A program made the position numbers and the translations under genes. Of a DNA stretch of 64,000 nt, positions 20,637 through 29,863 are shown one piece after another (within the stretch, counting starts at the first letter, position 1; each line of letters starts with the position of its first letter). Under the pieces are notes generated by a model. It made no database searches. It saw only the letters and a program-made list of their open reading frames with translations, and was not told the origin of the DNA. The DNA lies in NCBI GenBank assembly GCA_965203325.1, contig OZ241875.1:1184001-1248000 (forward strand), given 5' to 3'. This DNA comes from a bacterium. GTDB lineage: Bacteria > UBA8248.

Positions 20637-21053
20637 GTGATGATGGACACCAGGAAGCTGATCCTGGGAACCGCCGCTTATACGATCTGCACCTTCTCCC
20701 TTGCCGTGATCTGGCATGTGCTCCTTTTCAAGGAGAGATACGAATCGTTCGGCTACTTCGAGGGGGAACCGAACTTTCTGCTCGGTCTGCTCACCATCGT
20801 GCTCCAGGGCGTTCTGCTCTGCGCCCTGTTCCCGATGTTGAAGACCGAGGGAAGCAGCTTTCGTCGAGGGTTCAGGTTCGCTCTCATCACCGGCGCCTTC
20901 TTCTGGACTTCTCACGTGCTCGCCTTCGTCGCCAAGCAGGAGGTGACGGGGGCGTCTGCGTTCATCTGGATGGAAACGCTCTATCTGCTGCTCCAATTCG
21001 GCGTGTTCGGCCTTTGCATCGGCTTCATCCACCGCGAAGAGAAACTCATCTGA
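20637..21053 (+). CDS. Four-TM hypothetical membrane protein
   Basis: Four hydrophobic segments; GGGAG RBS. Confidence 0.75.
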   Translation: MMMDTRKLILGTAAYTICTFSLAVIWHVLLFKERYESFGYFEGEPNFLLGLLTIVLQGVLLCALFPMLKTEGSSFRRGFRFALITGAFFWTSHVLAFVAKQEVTGASAFIWMETLYLLLQFGVFGLCIGFIHREEKLI

Positions 21054-21142
21054 CAGGCAGACATCGGCATCCAGGAGACATAAAGCAAACCATATCGTGA
21101 ATCACGAAATCATTTCACGCACTACTAAAAAGGGGAGTTCCC

Positions 21143-21661
21143 ATGAACGGAGCGCAGATGATCGCCTTCACTTTCGAGATGAGCGACGGACTCGTGAAAC
21201 GGGCCCTGAAGGGCCTCACGGACGAGGACCTCATGAAGCGGCCCAGCGACCAGGACAACCCCATCGGCTGGCTGATGTGGCACAAGACGAGGGTCGAGGA
21301 TTGCGCGATGGCGGCCGTCGCCGGTGAAGAGCAGGTCTGGATCGCCGGGAAATGGCACGAGAAATTCGATATGCCCCCCGAGCCCAAACAAATCGGTTTC
21401 GGTGATTCGCTCGAGCAGGTGATGCGCCTCAAATTCACGAAACAGGACCTGATCGGCTACGCCAACGCCACCCGGGCGAGGACGCTTTCCACCCTGGAAG
21501 CGCTTTCGGCGGAGGACCTCGAAAAAGAGATGACCGACATCGGGGGCAACGCCGCCAAGACGGGAGAATACCTGGGGAGAGTGGCCACCGACTATCACCA
21601 GCACTGCGGGCAGATCTGCTACCTCCGGGGATTCATTACCGGGTTCGGCTGGGCGTTTTAG
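21143..21661 (+). CDS. DinB-family protein
   Basis: NPIGWLMWH and HQHCGQICYLRG metal-ligand pattern. Confidence 0.85.
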   Translation: MNGAQMIAFTFEMSDGLVKRALKGLTDEDLMKRPSDQDNPIGWLMWHKTRVEDCAMAAVAGEEQVWIAGKWHEKFDMPPEPKQIGFGDSLEQVMRLKFTKQDLIGYANATRARTLSTLEALSAEDLEKEMTDIGGNAAKTGEYLGRVATDYHQHCGQICYLRGFITGFGWAF

Positions 21662-21703
21662 AAGCAACCCGACCGAGGAGGGAGGGGTTGGAGCCGATCG
21701 AGA

Positions 21704-22072
21704 AGGGGTTGTTGAAAAAGTCCTCTCCCTCAAGGGATAAAGGCAACCCCCCCTACCCCCCCTTGTCAGGGGGGCAAGAAAAAACAAAAGCCCCTCTACC
21801 GGCGGCGGGTTTCGCCTTTTTATACCCCCCTGACAAGGGGGGGTAGGGGGGGTTGGTTTTCAAGGCGAGAGCCTGCGGCACCGCCCGGTTTCAGGTTCTG
21901 TCCGTCATTCCGGCCTTCGCCGGAATGACGATCAAAACGCAAGAACTGTAGGGGCAGGCCCCCGTGCCTGTCCGGTGCCCTGTTCTACAAAGGACAACCA
22001 CAGGGGGTTGTCCCTACAAACGGCCAGCTCCATACGCCGAATCGCGAAAACGAAACTTTTTCAACACCCCCC
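21704..22072. mobile_element. Non-autonomous IS-end element with nested repeats
   Basis: Ends AGGGGTTGTTGAAAAAG and CTTTTTCAACACCCCCC flanked by AGA on both sides; three other repeat families inside. Confidence 0.7.
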
Positions 22073-22094
22073 AGAAAGGAGGGTATGCCGACCC

Positions 22095-22436
22095 ATGAAC
22101 GCAGGAGCCGACCTGGACGCCACCTTCTCCGCGCTCTCGGACCCGACGAGGCGGGCCATTCTCTCGCGCCTCTCCCGGGGGGAAGCCACCGTCACCGGCG
22201 TGGCCGCCCCTTTTGATATTTCCCTGCCGGCGATCTCGAAACACCTGCGCGTTTTGGAGCGCGCCGGCCTCATCCGCAGGGAAAAGAAAGGCCGCGTCCA
22301 TCGCCTGAGACTCGAAGCCGAACCGATGCGCGAGGCGTCCGAATGGCTCGAATTCCACCAACGGTTCTGGGAGGAGGGATTCGATGCCCTCGCCCGCTAT
22401 CTCGATGAAACTACAGACACGGAGACTTCGAAATGA
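22095..22436 (+). CDS. ArsR/SmtB transcriptional regulator
   Basis: FSALSDPTRRAIL, SLPAISKHLRVLERAGL. Confidence 0.93.
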   Translation: MNAGADLDATFSALSDPTRRAILSRLSRGEATVTGVAAPFDISLPAISKHLRVLERAGLIRREKKGRVHRLRLEAEPMREASEWLEFHQRFWEEGFDALARYLDETTDTETSK

Positions 22437-22876
22437 TTGAAACAACAATGACGCTCATCATCAAACGAACCTTCCAGGCACCGAGGGAGAAAGTATTCGC
22501 CGCGTGGACGCAGGCCGAGGCGTTAAAGAAATGGTGGGGAACGGAGGGGCACACCGTGCCCTCGGTGGAGATGGACTTAAGCCCAGGCGGAAAATACCGC
22601 GTCGAGATGCGGACGGATGAGGGAGAGTCTTTCTACCTGAACGGGACGTTCGTCGAAATCAGTCCGCCCGAGCGGCTCGTCTTCACCTTCCGGTGGGAGC
22701 GGGGGGATTGGGATTACCCCGAGACCCTGGCGAGCATCGATTTCACCGGAGAGGGCGATGAGACCACGGTCGTCCTCACGCACGAGGGATTCCCGGACGA
22801 GAACATGCGCGACGAGCACCAGGGAGGCTGGGTCGAGTGCCTGGAGAATCTCGGCGCGTATCTGGGAGGGGGATAA
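22433..22876 (+). CDS. SRPBCC/AHSA1 domain protein
   Basis: APREKVFAAWT, PERLVFTFRW, HQGGW; overlaps the arsR stop. Confidence 0.9.
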   Translation: MIETTMTLIIKRTFQAPREKVFAAWTQAEALKKWWGTEGHTVPSVEMDLSPGGKYRVEMRTDEGESFYLNGTFVEISPPERLVFTFRWERGDWDYPETLASIDFTGEGDETTVVLTHEGFPDENMRDEHQGGWVECLENLGAYLGGG

Positions 22877-23026
22877 CTTCTCATCACGTCCGGTTCGTTT
22901 CAGGAAACCCGGGCGGTTCACGAACCGCCCCTACGGAACCCCCGAATCGAATTGATGGACTCTCGGGAATCACTCCCCCTTGAACTCGGGAATCACTCCC
23001 CCTTGAAAAAGCCTTTGTCAAAGGAG

Positions 23027-23172
23027 CAACCCCCCCTACCCCCCCTTGACAGGGGTCAAAACCGACCGAAGAGGGAGGTTTTGCAAGACGATGTGTTTCT
23101 CGTCAATGGCTCATGCAAACGCTCGTTCATCACTCGCGTTTGACCCCTGTCAAGGGGGGGTAGGGGGGGTTG
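23027..23172. mobile_element. MITE-like element (inverted copy of 14953-15101)
   Basis: Reverse-complement match including the internal core. Confidence 0.8.
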
Positions 23173-23450
23173 ATTTTCAAGACGAGAGGCGAGCGGGGGT
23201 CTCGGACAGGCATGGAGGCCTTGTCCCTACGGATGAGAGAGGTTTCGTTCGTCATTCCTGTGCATGCGCCGCAAGGCCGGCAATCTCGATCGGAGTCGCA
23301 AATCTCACCCAATAGCGACCCGCGCGCCGTTTTGCTATACTCCCGAAAACTAAAGACAATCCGCATGGAAGAGTTTTTTCGATCCTGAGTCAGGAGACAT
23401 ACCGGGGGCGGCTTGTTTCCCGCATCTCCTGCAGCATGGAGGAAAACGTC

Positions 23451-24419
23451 ATGCCTCGTCGTTCGCTGTTTCTCCTGTTCGTCGTTGCGCTGATCTGCCT
23501 GCCGATTACGAGCGCGCATTCGGCCAATTATCCAAGCTACCCCGTGCAGTTCATCATCTCCTTCCCGCCGGGAGGGCCCGGGGACACCACGATCCGGATC
23601 ATCCATCCCGCGCTCCAGAAAAATTTCGGGGGCGCCATCCAGCTCGTCAACAAGCCCGGCGCCGGCGGCGCCATCGCCTACACCTACGTCAAGAAGGCCA
23701 AGCCGGACGGCTACACCATCCTCTCCACCATGTCCGCGCCCTTGACCGTGGGAACGGCGCTGCGCACCCTGCAATTCGCACTGGATGATTACGAGTACAT
23801 CGGCGCGTACGCCTTCGGCGCCACGGGGGTCGTCTCCAAGCCCGACAAGCGCTGGAAGGACCTCGACGGCCTTCTCGCCTACATCAAGAAAAACCCCGGA
23901 AAGCTGAACTACGGCACGAGCGGGGCGCCGACCGCGCCGTATCTCACCATGGCGGCGGTTCTCGCCATACGGGGCCTGAAAGCCACCCCCGTGCATTACA
24001 AGGGCTCCGGCCCGGCGCGCAACGCCGCCCTGGGCGGCCACGTGGACTTCTCCGCGGGCGGATTCGGCGCGATGCAGGCGCTCCTGCGGGCGGGCAAGCT
24101 GGTGGGCCTCGCCATCACGGACAACGCGCGGGATCCCAAGTTCCCCGACATCCCGACCCTGAAGGAGAAGGGACTCGGACGGGCGAGCATCGGTCTCTGG
24201 GCCGGGCTGTGGGCGCCGAAGGGAACGCCCAAGGCCGTTCTCGACAAGCTCTCCGCAGCCCTCAAGAAGACGGCAGGCGACCCGGCGGTGGTGAAAAAAC
24301 TGAACAAGGCGGGCTTCCGTGTGGAATTCGTGGACGGGCCGGGGGCGAAGAAGCTCGCCCGGCAGGACCACGAGACTTCCAAGGAGATCATGAAGGCCGT
24401 CGGCATCAAGAAAAAATAG
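23451..24419 (+). CDS. tctC: Tripartite tricarboxylate transporter substrate-binding protein
   Basis: PPGGPGD, NKPGAGG, KPDGYT, YKGSGP, PDIPTLKE. Confidence 0.92.
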   Translation: MPRRSLFLLFVVALICLPITSAHSANYPSYPVQFIISFPPGGPGDTTIRIIHPALQKNFGGAIQLVNKPGAGGAIAYTYVKKAKPDGYTILSTMSAPLTVGTALRTLQFALDDYEYIGAYAFGATGVVSKPDKRWKDLDGLLAYIKKNPGKLNYGTSGAPTAPYLTMAAVLAIRGLKATPVHYKGSGPARNAALGGHVDFSAGGFGAMQALLRAGKLVGLAITDNARDPKFPDIPTLKEKGLGRASIGLWAGLWAPKGTPKAVLDKLSAALKKTAGDPAVVKKLNKAGFRVEFVDGPGAKKLARQDHETSKEIMKAVGIKKK

Positions 24420-24429
24420 CGGGGGCGAC

Positions 24430-24891
24430 GTGCGCAAATTCGCCCCTCCCGCGGCGTTGCTCGTCGTCTCGATGCTTATGGGCTGGTTCGCCCACCGGCT
24501 AGGGATGGGGAGCATCAACCGGCCCGAACCGGGATTTTTCCCTTTCTGGATATGCGCAGGGCTTGCGGCCACATCGCTCTACCTGATGACGCAACGCTTG
24601 CGTCAAAGCCCGGAAGATGAGGCGTCCCCGGAGTCCGAGTCCGTATTCACGCTCGACCGGTTCCGGCGGGTTCTCTCCGTCATGGCGGGGACGGCGCTCT
24701 TCGGCCTCCTGCTCGAATTTTCGGGATTTTTGGCCACGACTTTCATCTTCATGGCGTTCTGCTGGCTCGTCATCGACCGCCAGTCTCTCCTCCGGGGTCT
24801 CCTGATCTCGGCGGTCGCATCCGCGGCGGCCTTCGTCCTCTTCGTCAAGCTGTTGAACGTGCACTTCCCCCGCGGTCTGCTGGGATTTTGA
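24430..24891 (+). CDS. tctB: Tripartite tricarboxylate transporter small permease
   Basis: PGFFP motif, four TM helices, position between tctC and tctA. Confidence 0.88.
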   Translation: MRKFAPPAALLVVSMLMGWFAHRLGMGSINRPEPGFFPFWICAGLAATSLYLMTQRLRQSPEDEASPESESVFTLDRFRRVLSVMAGTALFGLLLEFSGFLATTFIFMAFCWLVIDRQSLLRGLLISAVASAAAFVLFVKLLNVHFPRGLLGF

Positions 24892-26399
24892 TGGGCGATC
24901 TTTTCTCCAACCTCTATTTCGGCTTCTCGGTGAGCCTCGCCCCGTACAACCTCCTCGCCTGCTTCATGGGCGTTTTCGTGGGGACGGCCATCGGGGTGCT
25001 GCCGGGTCTCGGCCCGGTCGCCACCATGTCCCTCCTGCTCCCGATCACCATCAAGATGGAGCCGACGGCCGCCATCATCATCATGGCGGGAGTGTTTTAC
25101 GGGGCGATGTACGGCGGCTCCACCACGTCCATTCTGCTCAACCTGCCCGGCGAGGCGTCCTCGGTCGTGACCACCCTGGACGGCTACCAGATGGCGCGGA
25201 AAGGGAGAGCCGGACCCGCGCTCGCCATCTGCGCCTGGGGCTCGTTCATCGCGGGAACGCTGGGCGTTCTGGGCATCACGCTCATGGCGCCCGCCCTGGC
25301 CGAAATGGCCGTGAAGATCGGCCCGCCGGAGCTTGTCGCGCTCCTGTGCCTGAGCTTTCTGCTGGTGGTCCAGTTCAGCGGCGGCTCGCGCCCGCGCGCA
25401 GCAGCTTCGGCCCTGCTCGGATTCCTCCTCTCCACTATCGGCCTGGACCCGGTGGAATCCACGCCGCGCTATGACTTCGGCACCTTCACCCTGATGGACG
25501 GGGTGGGCTTCGCTCCCCTGGTGATCGGCCTGTTCGGCATCTCGGAGGTGCTGATCAACCTCGAGAAATCAGAGAAGCTGGAAGTGTTCAAGGGCCGCAT
25601 CAAGGGGTTGTGGCCCACGCGCCAGGACTGGCGCGACTCCGCTCCGGCCATCGGGCGGGGAAGCATGGTCGGTTTTTTCATGGGGATCCTGCCGGGCATG
25701 GGCACCATCGTGCCTCCATTCCTCTCCTATTCCCTGGAGCGGCGCATCTCGAAGCGCCCCGAGAAGTTCGGCACGGGCGTGATCGAGGGCGTGGCGGGGC
25801 CCGAGGCGGCCAACAACTCCGCCACGGCGGGCAGCATGATTCCCCTCCTCACGCTGGGCATCGCCCCGAGTGCCGCGGTGGCCGTTCTCACGGCGGCCTT
25901 CCTCACCCACGGCGTGCAGCCGGGACCGCTGCTGATCACCGAGCACCCCGCCATCTTCTGGGGGGTGGTGACGAGCATGTACACCGGAAACGCGCTGCTC
26001 CTGCTGCTCAACCTGCCGCTCGTGGGCATGTGGGCGCGCCTGCTCACCGTGCCCTATCGCTACCTCTGGCCCCTGATTCTTCTGTTCTGCGGCATCGGCG
26101 CCTACAGCGTGAGCAACAATCCGGCCGACGTCCTGCTCATGGCGGTCTTCGGGCTGTTGGGCTACATGATGCGCAAGTTGAACTATCCGGGCGCGCCGCT
26201 GGTGCTCGCGTTCGTCCTCGGCAGGCTTTTCGAGGAAAAGGTGCGCCAGTCGCTCGTCATCTCGCGGGGGAGCTATGAAACCTTCATCGCGCACCCGCTC
26301 GCCCTGCTCGCTTGGATCGCCTCGGCGATCCTGCTCCTTTATCCGTTTTTCCTGCGGGGCAAGAGCGCCCCGCACTTCCCGCCGGAGGAGGAAGAATGA
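24891..26399 (+). CDS. tctA: Tripartite tricarboxylate transporter large permease
   Basis: GVLPGLGP, YGGSTTSILLNLPG, GPEAANNS. Confidence 0.95.
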   Translation: MGDLFSNLYFGFSVSLAPYNLLACFMGVFVGTAIGVLPGLGPVATMSLLLPITIKMEPTAAIIIMAGVFYGAMYGGSTTSILLNLPGEASSVVTTLDGYQMARKGRAGPALAICAWGSFIAGTLGVLGITLMAPALAEMAVKIGPPELVALLCLSFLLVVQFSGGSRPRAAASALLGFLLSTIGLDPVESTPRYDFGTFTLMDGVGFAPLVIGLFGISEVLINLEKSEKLEVFKGRIKGLWPTRQDWRDSAPAIGRGSMVGFFMGILPGMGTIVPPFLSYSLERRISKRPEKFGTGVIEGVAGPEAANNSATAGSMIPLLTLGIAPSAAVAVLTAAFLTHGVQPGPLLITEHPAIFWGVVTSMYTGNALLLLLNLPLVGMWARLLTVPYRYLWPLILLFCGIGAYSVSNNPADVLLMAVFGLLGYMMRKLNYPGAPLVLAFVLGRLFEEKVRQSLVISRGSYETFIAHPLALLAWIASAILLLYPFFLRGKSAPHFPPEEEE

Positions 26400-27232
26400 A
26401 GATCACCCTGCTAGGCACGGGCGGCCCCCGGCCGGACCCGGCGCGCCAGGGTTCCTCTCTCGTGGTCAACGTGGGCGAGGAGCGGCTGCTCTTCGACTGC
26501 GGCAGAGGCGCGGTCACCCAACTCGTCCGCGCGGGCGTGCCCCTCGCGAAGGTGAATCCCGTCTTCATCACGCACCACCACTACGACCACATCAGCGATC
26601 TGGGCGACGTGATCCTGAGCACATGGCTCCAGGGGCGTCCGGGCGCCCTGCGCGTATATGGGCCGGCGGGAACGGCGGAGATCGTAACCGCCTTGCTCGA
26701 TCGGGTCTACGCGAAGGACATCCGCTTCCGGGCGGAGGGAGAGCCCGCGGTCGGGAGGTGGAAACCGGTGGAGGTCGAAGAAACCGGCGCGGGCCTGGTC
26801 TGTGACGGCGGGGGCTGGAAGGTGTATGCGGAGTTCGTCGAGCACGGCCAGGACCTCGGAATCCCCGATTTCGACTGGACGACGCTGGGCTACCGCCTGG
26901 AGGCGGAGGGAAAAACCCTCGCCATCAGCGGAGACACGATCCCGTGTGCGGGACTGGATCGTCTGGCGCAGGGGGCGGACGCCCTCGTGCTGTGCTGCTA
27001 TCTGGCCGCTGCGGAGGTCGTCGACGCGCATACCGAACGCCTGACCCGGCACCTTTTTCCCTCATCAGAACAGGCGGGGAAGATCGCCGCGAGCGCGGGC
27101 ATCAAGAAACTCGTCCTGACCCACTTCCGCGAGAAGCCGGAAAGCCTCATGCGCGAAATCCAAGAAGACGTCCGGCGGGATTTTGACGGCGAAGTGATTC
27201 TGGGGCGTGATTTGCTGGAGATCGAGGTGTGA
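26396..27232 (+). CDS. MBL-fold hydrolase (RNase Z/arylsulfatase-like)
   Basis: LLGTGGP, FDCG, THHHYDH, SGDT, LTHF. Confidence 0.88.
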   Translation: MKITLLGTGGPRPDPARQGSSLVVNVGEERLLFDCGRGAVTQLVRAGVPLAKVNPVFITHHHYDHISDLGDVILSTWLQGRPGALRVYGPAGTAEIVTALLDRVYAKDIRFRAEGEPAVGRWKPVEVEETGAGLVCDGGGWKVYAEFVEHGQDLGIPDFDWTTLGYRLEAEGKTLAISGDTIPCAGLDRLAQGADALVLCCYLAAAEVVDAHTERLTRHLFPSSEQAGKIAASAGIKKLVLTHFREKPESLMREIQEDVRRDFDGEVILGRDLLEIEV

Positions 27233-27303
27233 GGGGGGTTGAATAAGTTCTCGGGAAACGATTTTGAGTTTCGCGCACATTTTGAAGTTCACTCCCCCCT
27301 TGA

Positions 27304-27477
27304 GGGGGTTGTTGATAAACCCTCGAGAGGAAAATTCGTTTGTATGTAGGGGTCGCATATATGCGACCCCGATTTTTTTTTGCCCACTACAAGGGCCGCA
27401 TGTATGCGGCCCCTACAAAACCGCCCCTCCTCGGTCGCGCAAAACCCGCGTTCATCAGGGCTTTATCAACAGCTCCT
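27304..27477. mobile_element. Non-autonomous IS-end element containing a REP doublet
   Basis: GGGGGTTGTTGATAAACCCT and AGGGCTTTATCAACAGCTCCT ends flanked by TGA on both sides; GTAG..CTAC doublet at 27346-27416. Confidence 0.7.
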
Positions 27478-27604
27478 TGAGAGGACGCTGGCGCTGAAGA
27501 ACCCCTCCGGGCTCCGGTGGCGCCGGCCACGTGCATGACCCTCTCCTTTGCGGATAGAATGCGCTTGTTCGCCTTTCTCGCCGCCGTTTCCGCTGAGGCC
27601 GCCC

Positions 27605-28939
27605 GTGCTGGAAATCCTCGCCGATCGCACTTATCGCCATCTATTCGCAGCGCAGGTCACGGCCCTTGCGGGCACGGGGCTCGCCACGATTGCGCTGGGC
27701 CTTCTCGCCTACGACCTCGCGGAAGAGGACGCGGCGATGGTGCTCGGCGCCGTCTTCACCATCAAGATGGCGGCCTACGTCGGGGTCGCGCCCATCGCCG
27801 GCGCCTTCGCCGACCGTATCCCGCGCCGGGCGCTGCTCGTAGCGCTCGACATCGTGCGCGCCGCCGCGGCGCTGGCATTGCCCTTCGTGACGCAGATCTG
27901 GCAGCTCTACCTCTTGATCTTCGTGCTCCAATCGGCCTCGGCGGCCTTCACCCCGACCTTCCAGGCGACGATACCGGACGTGCTGCCCGAAGAATCCCGC
28001 TACACCCGCGCGCTGTCGCTCTCACGCCTGGCTTATGACCTCGAGAACATCTTCAGCCCGACCCTCGCGGCGCTGCTTCTGGCGGTGATGTCCTACGACG
28101 CCCTGTTCCTCGGCACGGCGGCCGGCTTTCTCGCCTCCGCTTTGCTCGTGGTTTCGGTATTTCTGCCGAGCACAGCGCCTGCGGCCCCGCGAAGCGTCTA
28201 CGAGCGCACGACCCGCGGGCTCCGCATCTACCTCGCCACGCCCCGGCTCCGCGGGCTCCTGGCGCTCAATCTCGCGGCGGCGGCGGCCGGCGCGATGGTG
28301 CTGGTCAACACCGTCGTGCTCGTGCGGGGCGTGCTGGGGCTCGGCGAGAGCGCCGTGGCATGGGCGATGGCCGCATTCGGGGGAGGTTCGATGCTGGCCG
28401 CGCTCGCCCTGCCGCGCCTGCTGGACCGGGCGCCAGAGCGGGCGGTGATGCTGACGAGCGCTGCGCTGATGATCGCGGGTCTGTGCGCGCTCGCCGCGTT
28501 CATCCCGGGCGCCGGGCTCTCCTGGCCCCTCCTTCTCGGCGCATGGGTCGCGGTGGGGATCGGCTATTCCGGGGTACTCACGCCATCGGGACGCCTGCTG
28601 CGGCGCTCCTCGAACCCCGAGGACAGGCCCGCGCTCTTCGCGGCGCAGTTCGCGCTCAGCCATGCCTGCTGGCTGGCGACCTATCCGCTGTCGGGCTGGT
28701 TGATGACCGCCTATGGCGCGTTCGCCGCGCTCGCCGGACTGAGCGCGCTGGCTCTCTTCGGCGCGGCGCTCGCGCTATTGGTGTGGCCGGGCTCCGATCC
28801 GGTCGCGATCGCGCATCGTCACGACGACCTCCCTCCCCATCACCCGCACCTGCGCGGCGCGGGCGAACACGTTCATCCTTACATGATCGATGACTTGCAC
28901 AGGCGCTGGCCGCCGGCGGACCCGCGTTCACCCGACTAG
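27605..28939 (+). CDS. MFS transporter, NreB-like (possible Ni/Co efflux)
   Basis: 12-TM MFS with a His-rich C-terminus HRHDDLPPHHPHL...HVHPY. Confidence 0.8.
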   Translation: MLEILADRTYRHLFAAQVTALAGTGLATIALGLLAYDLAEEDAAMVLGAVFTIKMAAYVGVAPIAGAFADRIPRRALLVALDIVRAAAALALPFVTQIWQLYLLIFVLQSASAAFTPTFQATIPDVLPEESRYTRALSLSRLAYDLENIFSPTLAALLLAVMSYDALFLGTAAGFLASALLVVSVFLPSTAPAAPRSVYERTTRGLRIYLATPRLRGLLALNLAAAAAGAMVLVNTVVLVRGVLGLGESAVAWAMAAFGGGSMLAALALPRLLDRAPERAVMLTSAALMIAGLCALAAFIPGAGLSWPLLLGAWVAVGIGYSGVLTPSGRLLRRSSNPEDRPALFAAQFALSHACWLATYPLSGWLMTAYGAFAALAGLSALALFGAALALLVWPGSDPVAIAHRHDDLPPHHPHLRGAGEHVHPYMIDDLHRRWPPADPRSPD

Positions 28940-29080
28940 CGCGTCGTGCGCGGCGCGGGGGGCGGACGCGCTCCAGCCGCTCCGTTATCGGGCCAAGCGG
29001 AGGGGGCCGAGCGAAAAATCCTGCGATGCCGGAATGAGAAGCAAAAAGAATTCCGGGGGGAAGCGTCTGTCTCTGTGAAT

Positions 29081-29108
29081 GTAGGGGCGGTTCGCGAACC
29101 GCCCCTAC
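29081..29108. repeat. GTAG-type REP-like palindrome
   Basis: GTAGGGGCGGTTCGCGAACCGCCCCTAC; relatives near 22910, 31476 and 35480. Confidence 0.8.
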
Positions 29109-29169
29109 TAAAGAACTTATCGGAATAAACGCAACTCGGATACGGTTTCTGTGAAAGCCATTCACCAAC

Positions 29170-29640
29170 TTACTCGTAACCGATTCCGAGCGTCTGGCTC
29201 TCTTCCGTAAGCCGGTCCAGGGCTTTCAGGCGCGCCCGCTTGGTTCGCTCCTCGTAGGCCTTCAAGTCGTTGAACATAACGCGCCTGTGCGTCCCGACCA
29301 TTCGACAGGGTATCTCCCGGTTATCGAGAAGTTTGACGATGAATCCCCGCGATACGTTGAGCAAATCCGCAGCTTGCTGGGTCGTCAGTTCCGCGTTCAT
29401 GGGTATCAGCGATACGGCGTTGCCCTTGGACATCTCGTCCAGCAGTTCGATAAGCAGGCGAACCGCCGCAAAGGGCAATTCGATAACATCGCGTTCATCC
29501 TCGGCGAGCCGAATAGCCACTTTATCGGGACTATCCGCGAGTTTGTCCGCAAGCGCACGAGCAGACGCTTTCGCAATACTCGCCTCCCGGGAACTGGGAA
29601 ACGCCGATGGGAATTGCATTATCGTGCCTGTCATATTCAA
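29170..29640 (-). CDS. Excisionase-like HTH protein (antitoxin-type)
   Basis: ELTTQQAADLLNVSR...VGTHRRV motif. Confidence 0.85.
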   Translation of the reverse strand: MNMTGTIMQFPSAFPSSREASIAKASARALADKLADSPDKVAIRLAEDERDVIELPFAAVRLLIELLDEMSKGNAVSLIPMNAELTTQQAADLLNVSRGFIVKLLDNREIPCRMVGTHRRVMFNDLKAYEERTKRARLKALDRLTEESQTLGIGYE

Positions 29641-29863
29641 TCTCCCCTTCAGCCTCGGATTCTCGACACATCGTCAATGTAAATCATATTCGATATAAAT
29701 GCAATAATCGATATAAACGACGTGACTCCGGTTTCAGTGGCTCTTGCCTGGCGAGCGAGCTTAGGCTGGAGGCAGGGGCAATTGCCATCTCGCACGACAT
29801 CACGAAGAAACGCCGGAGGTGGGGACTAGCAGGTCGGGGGTTATTTACGTTTCGCCCAGGCGA

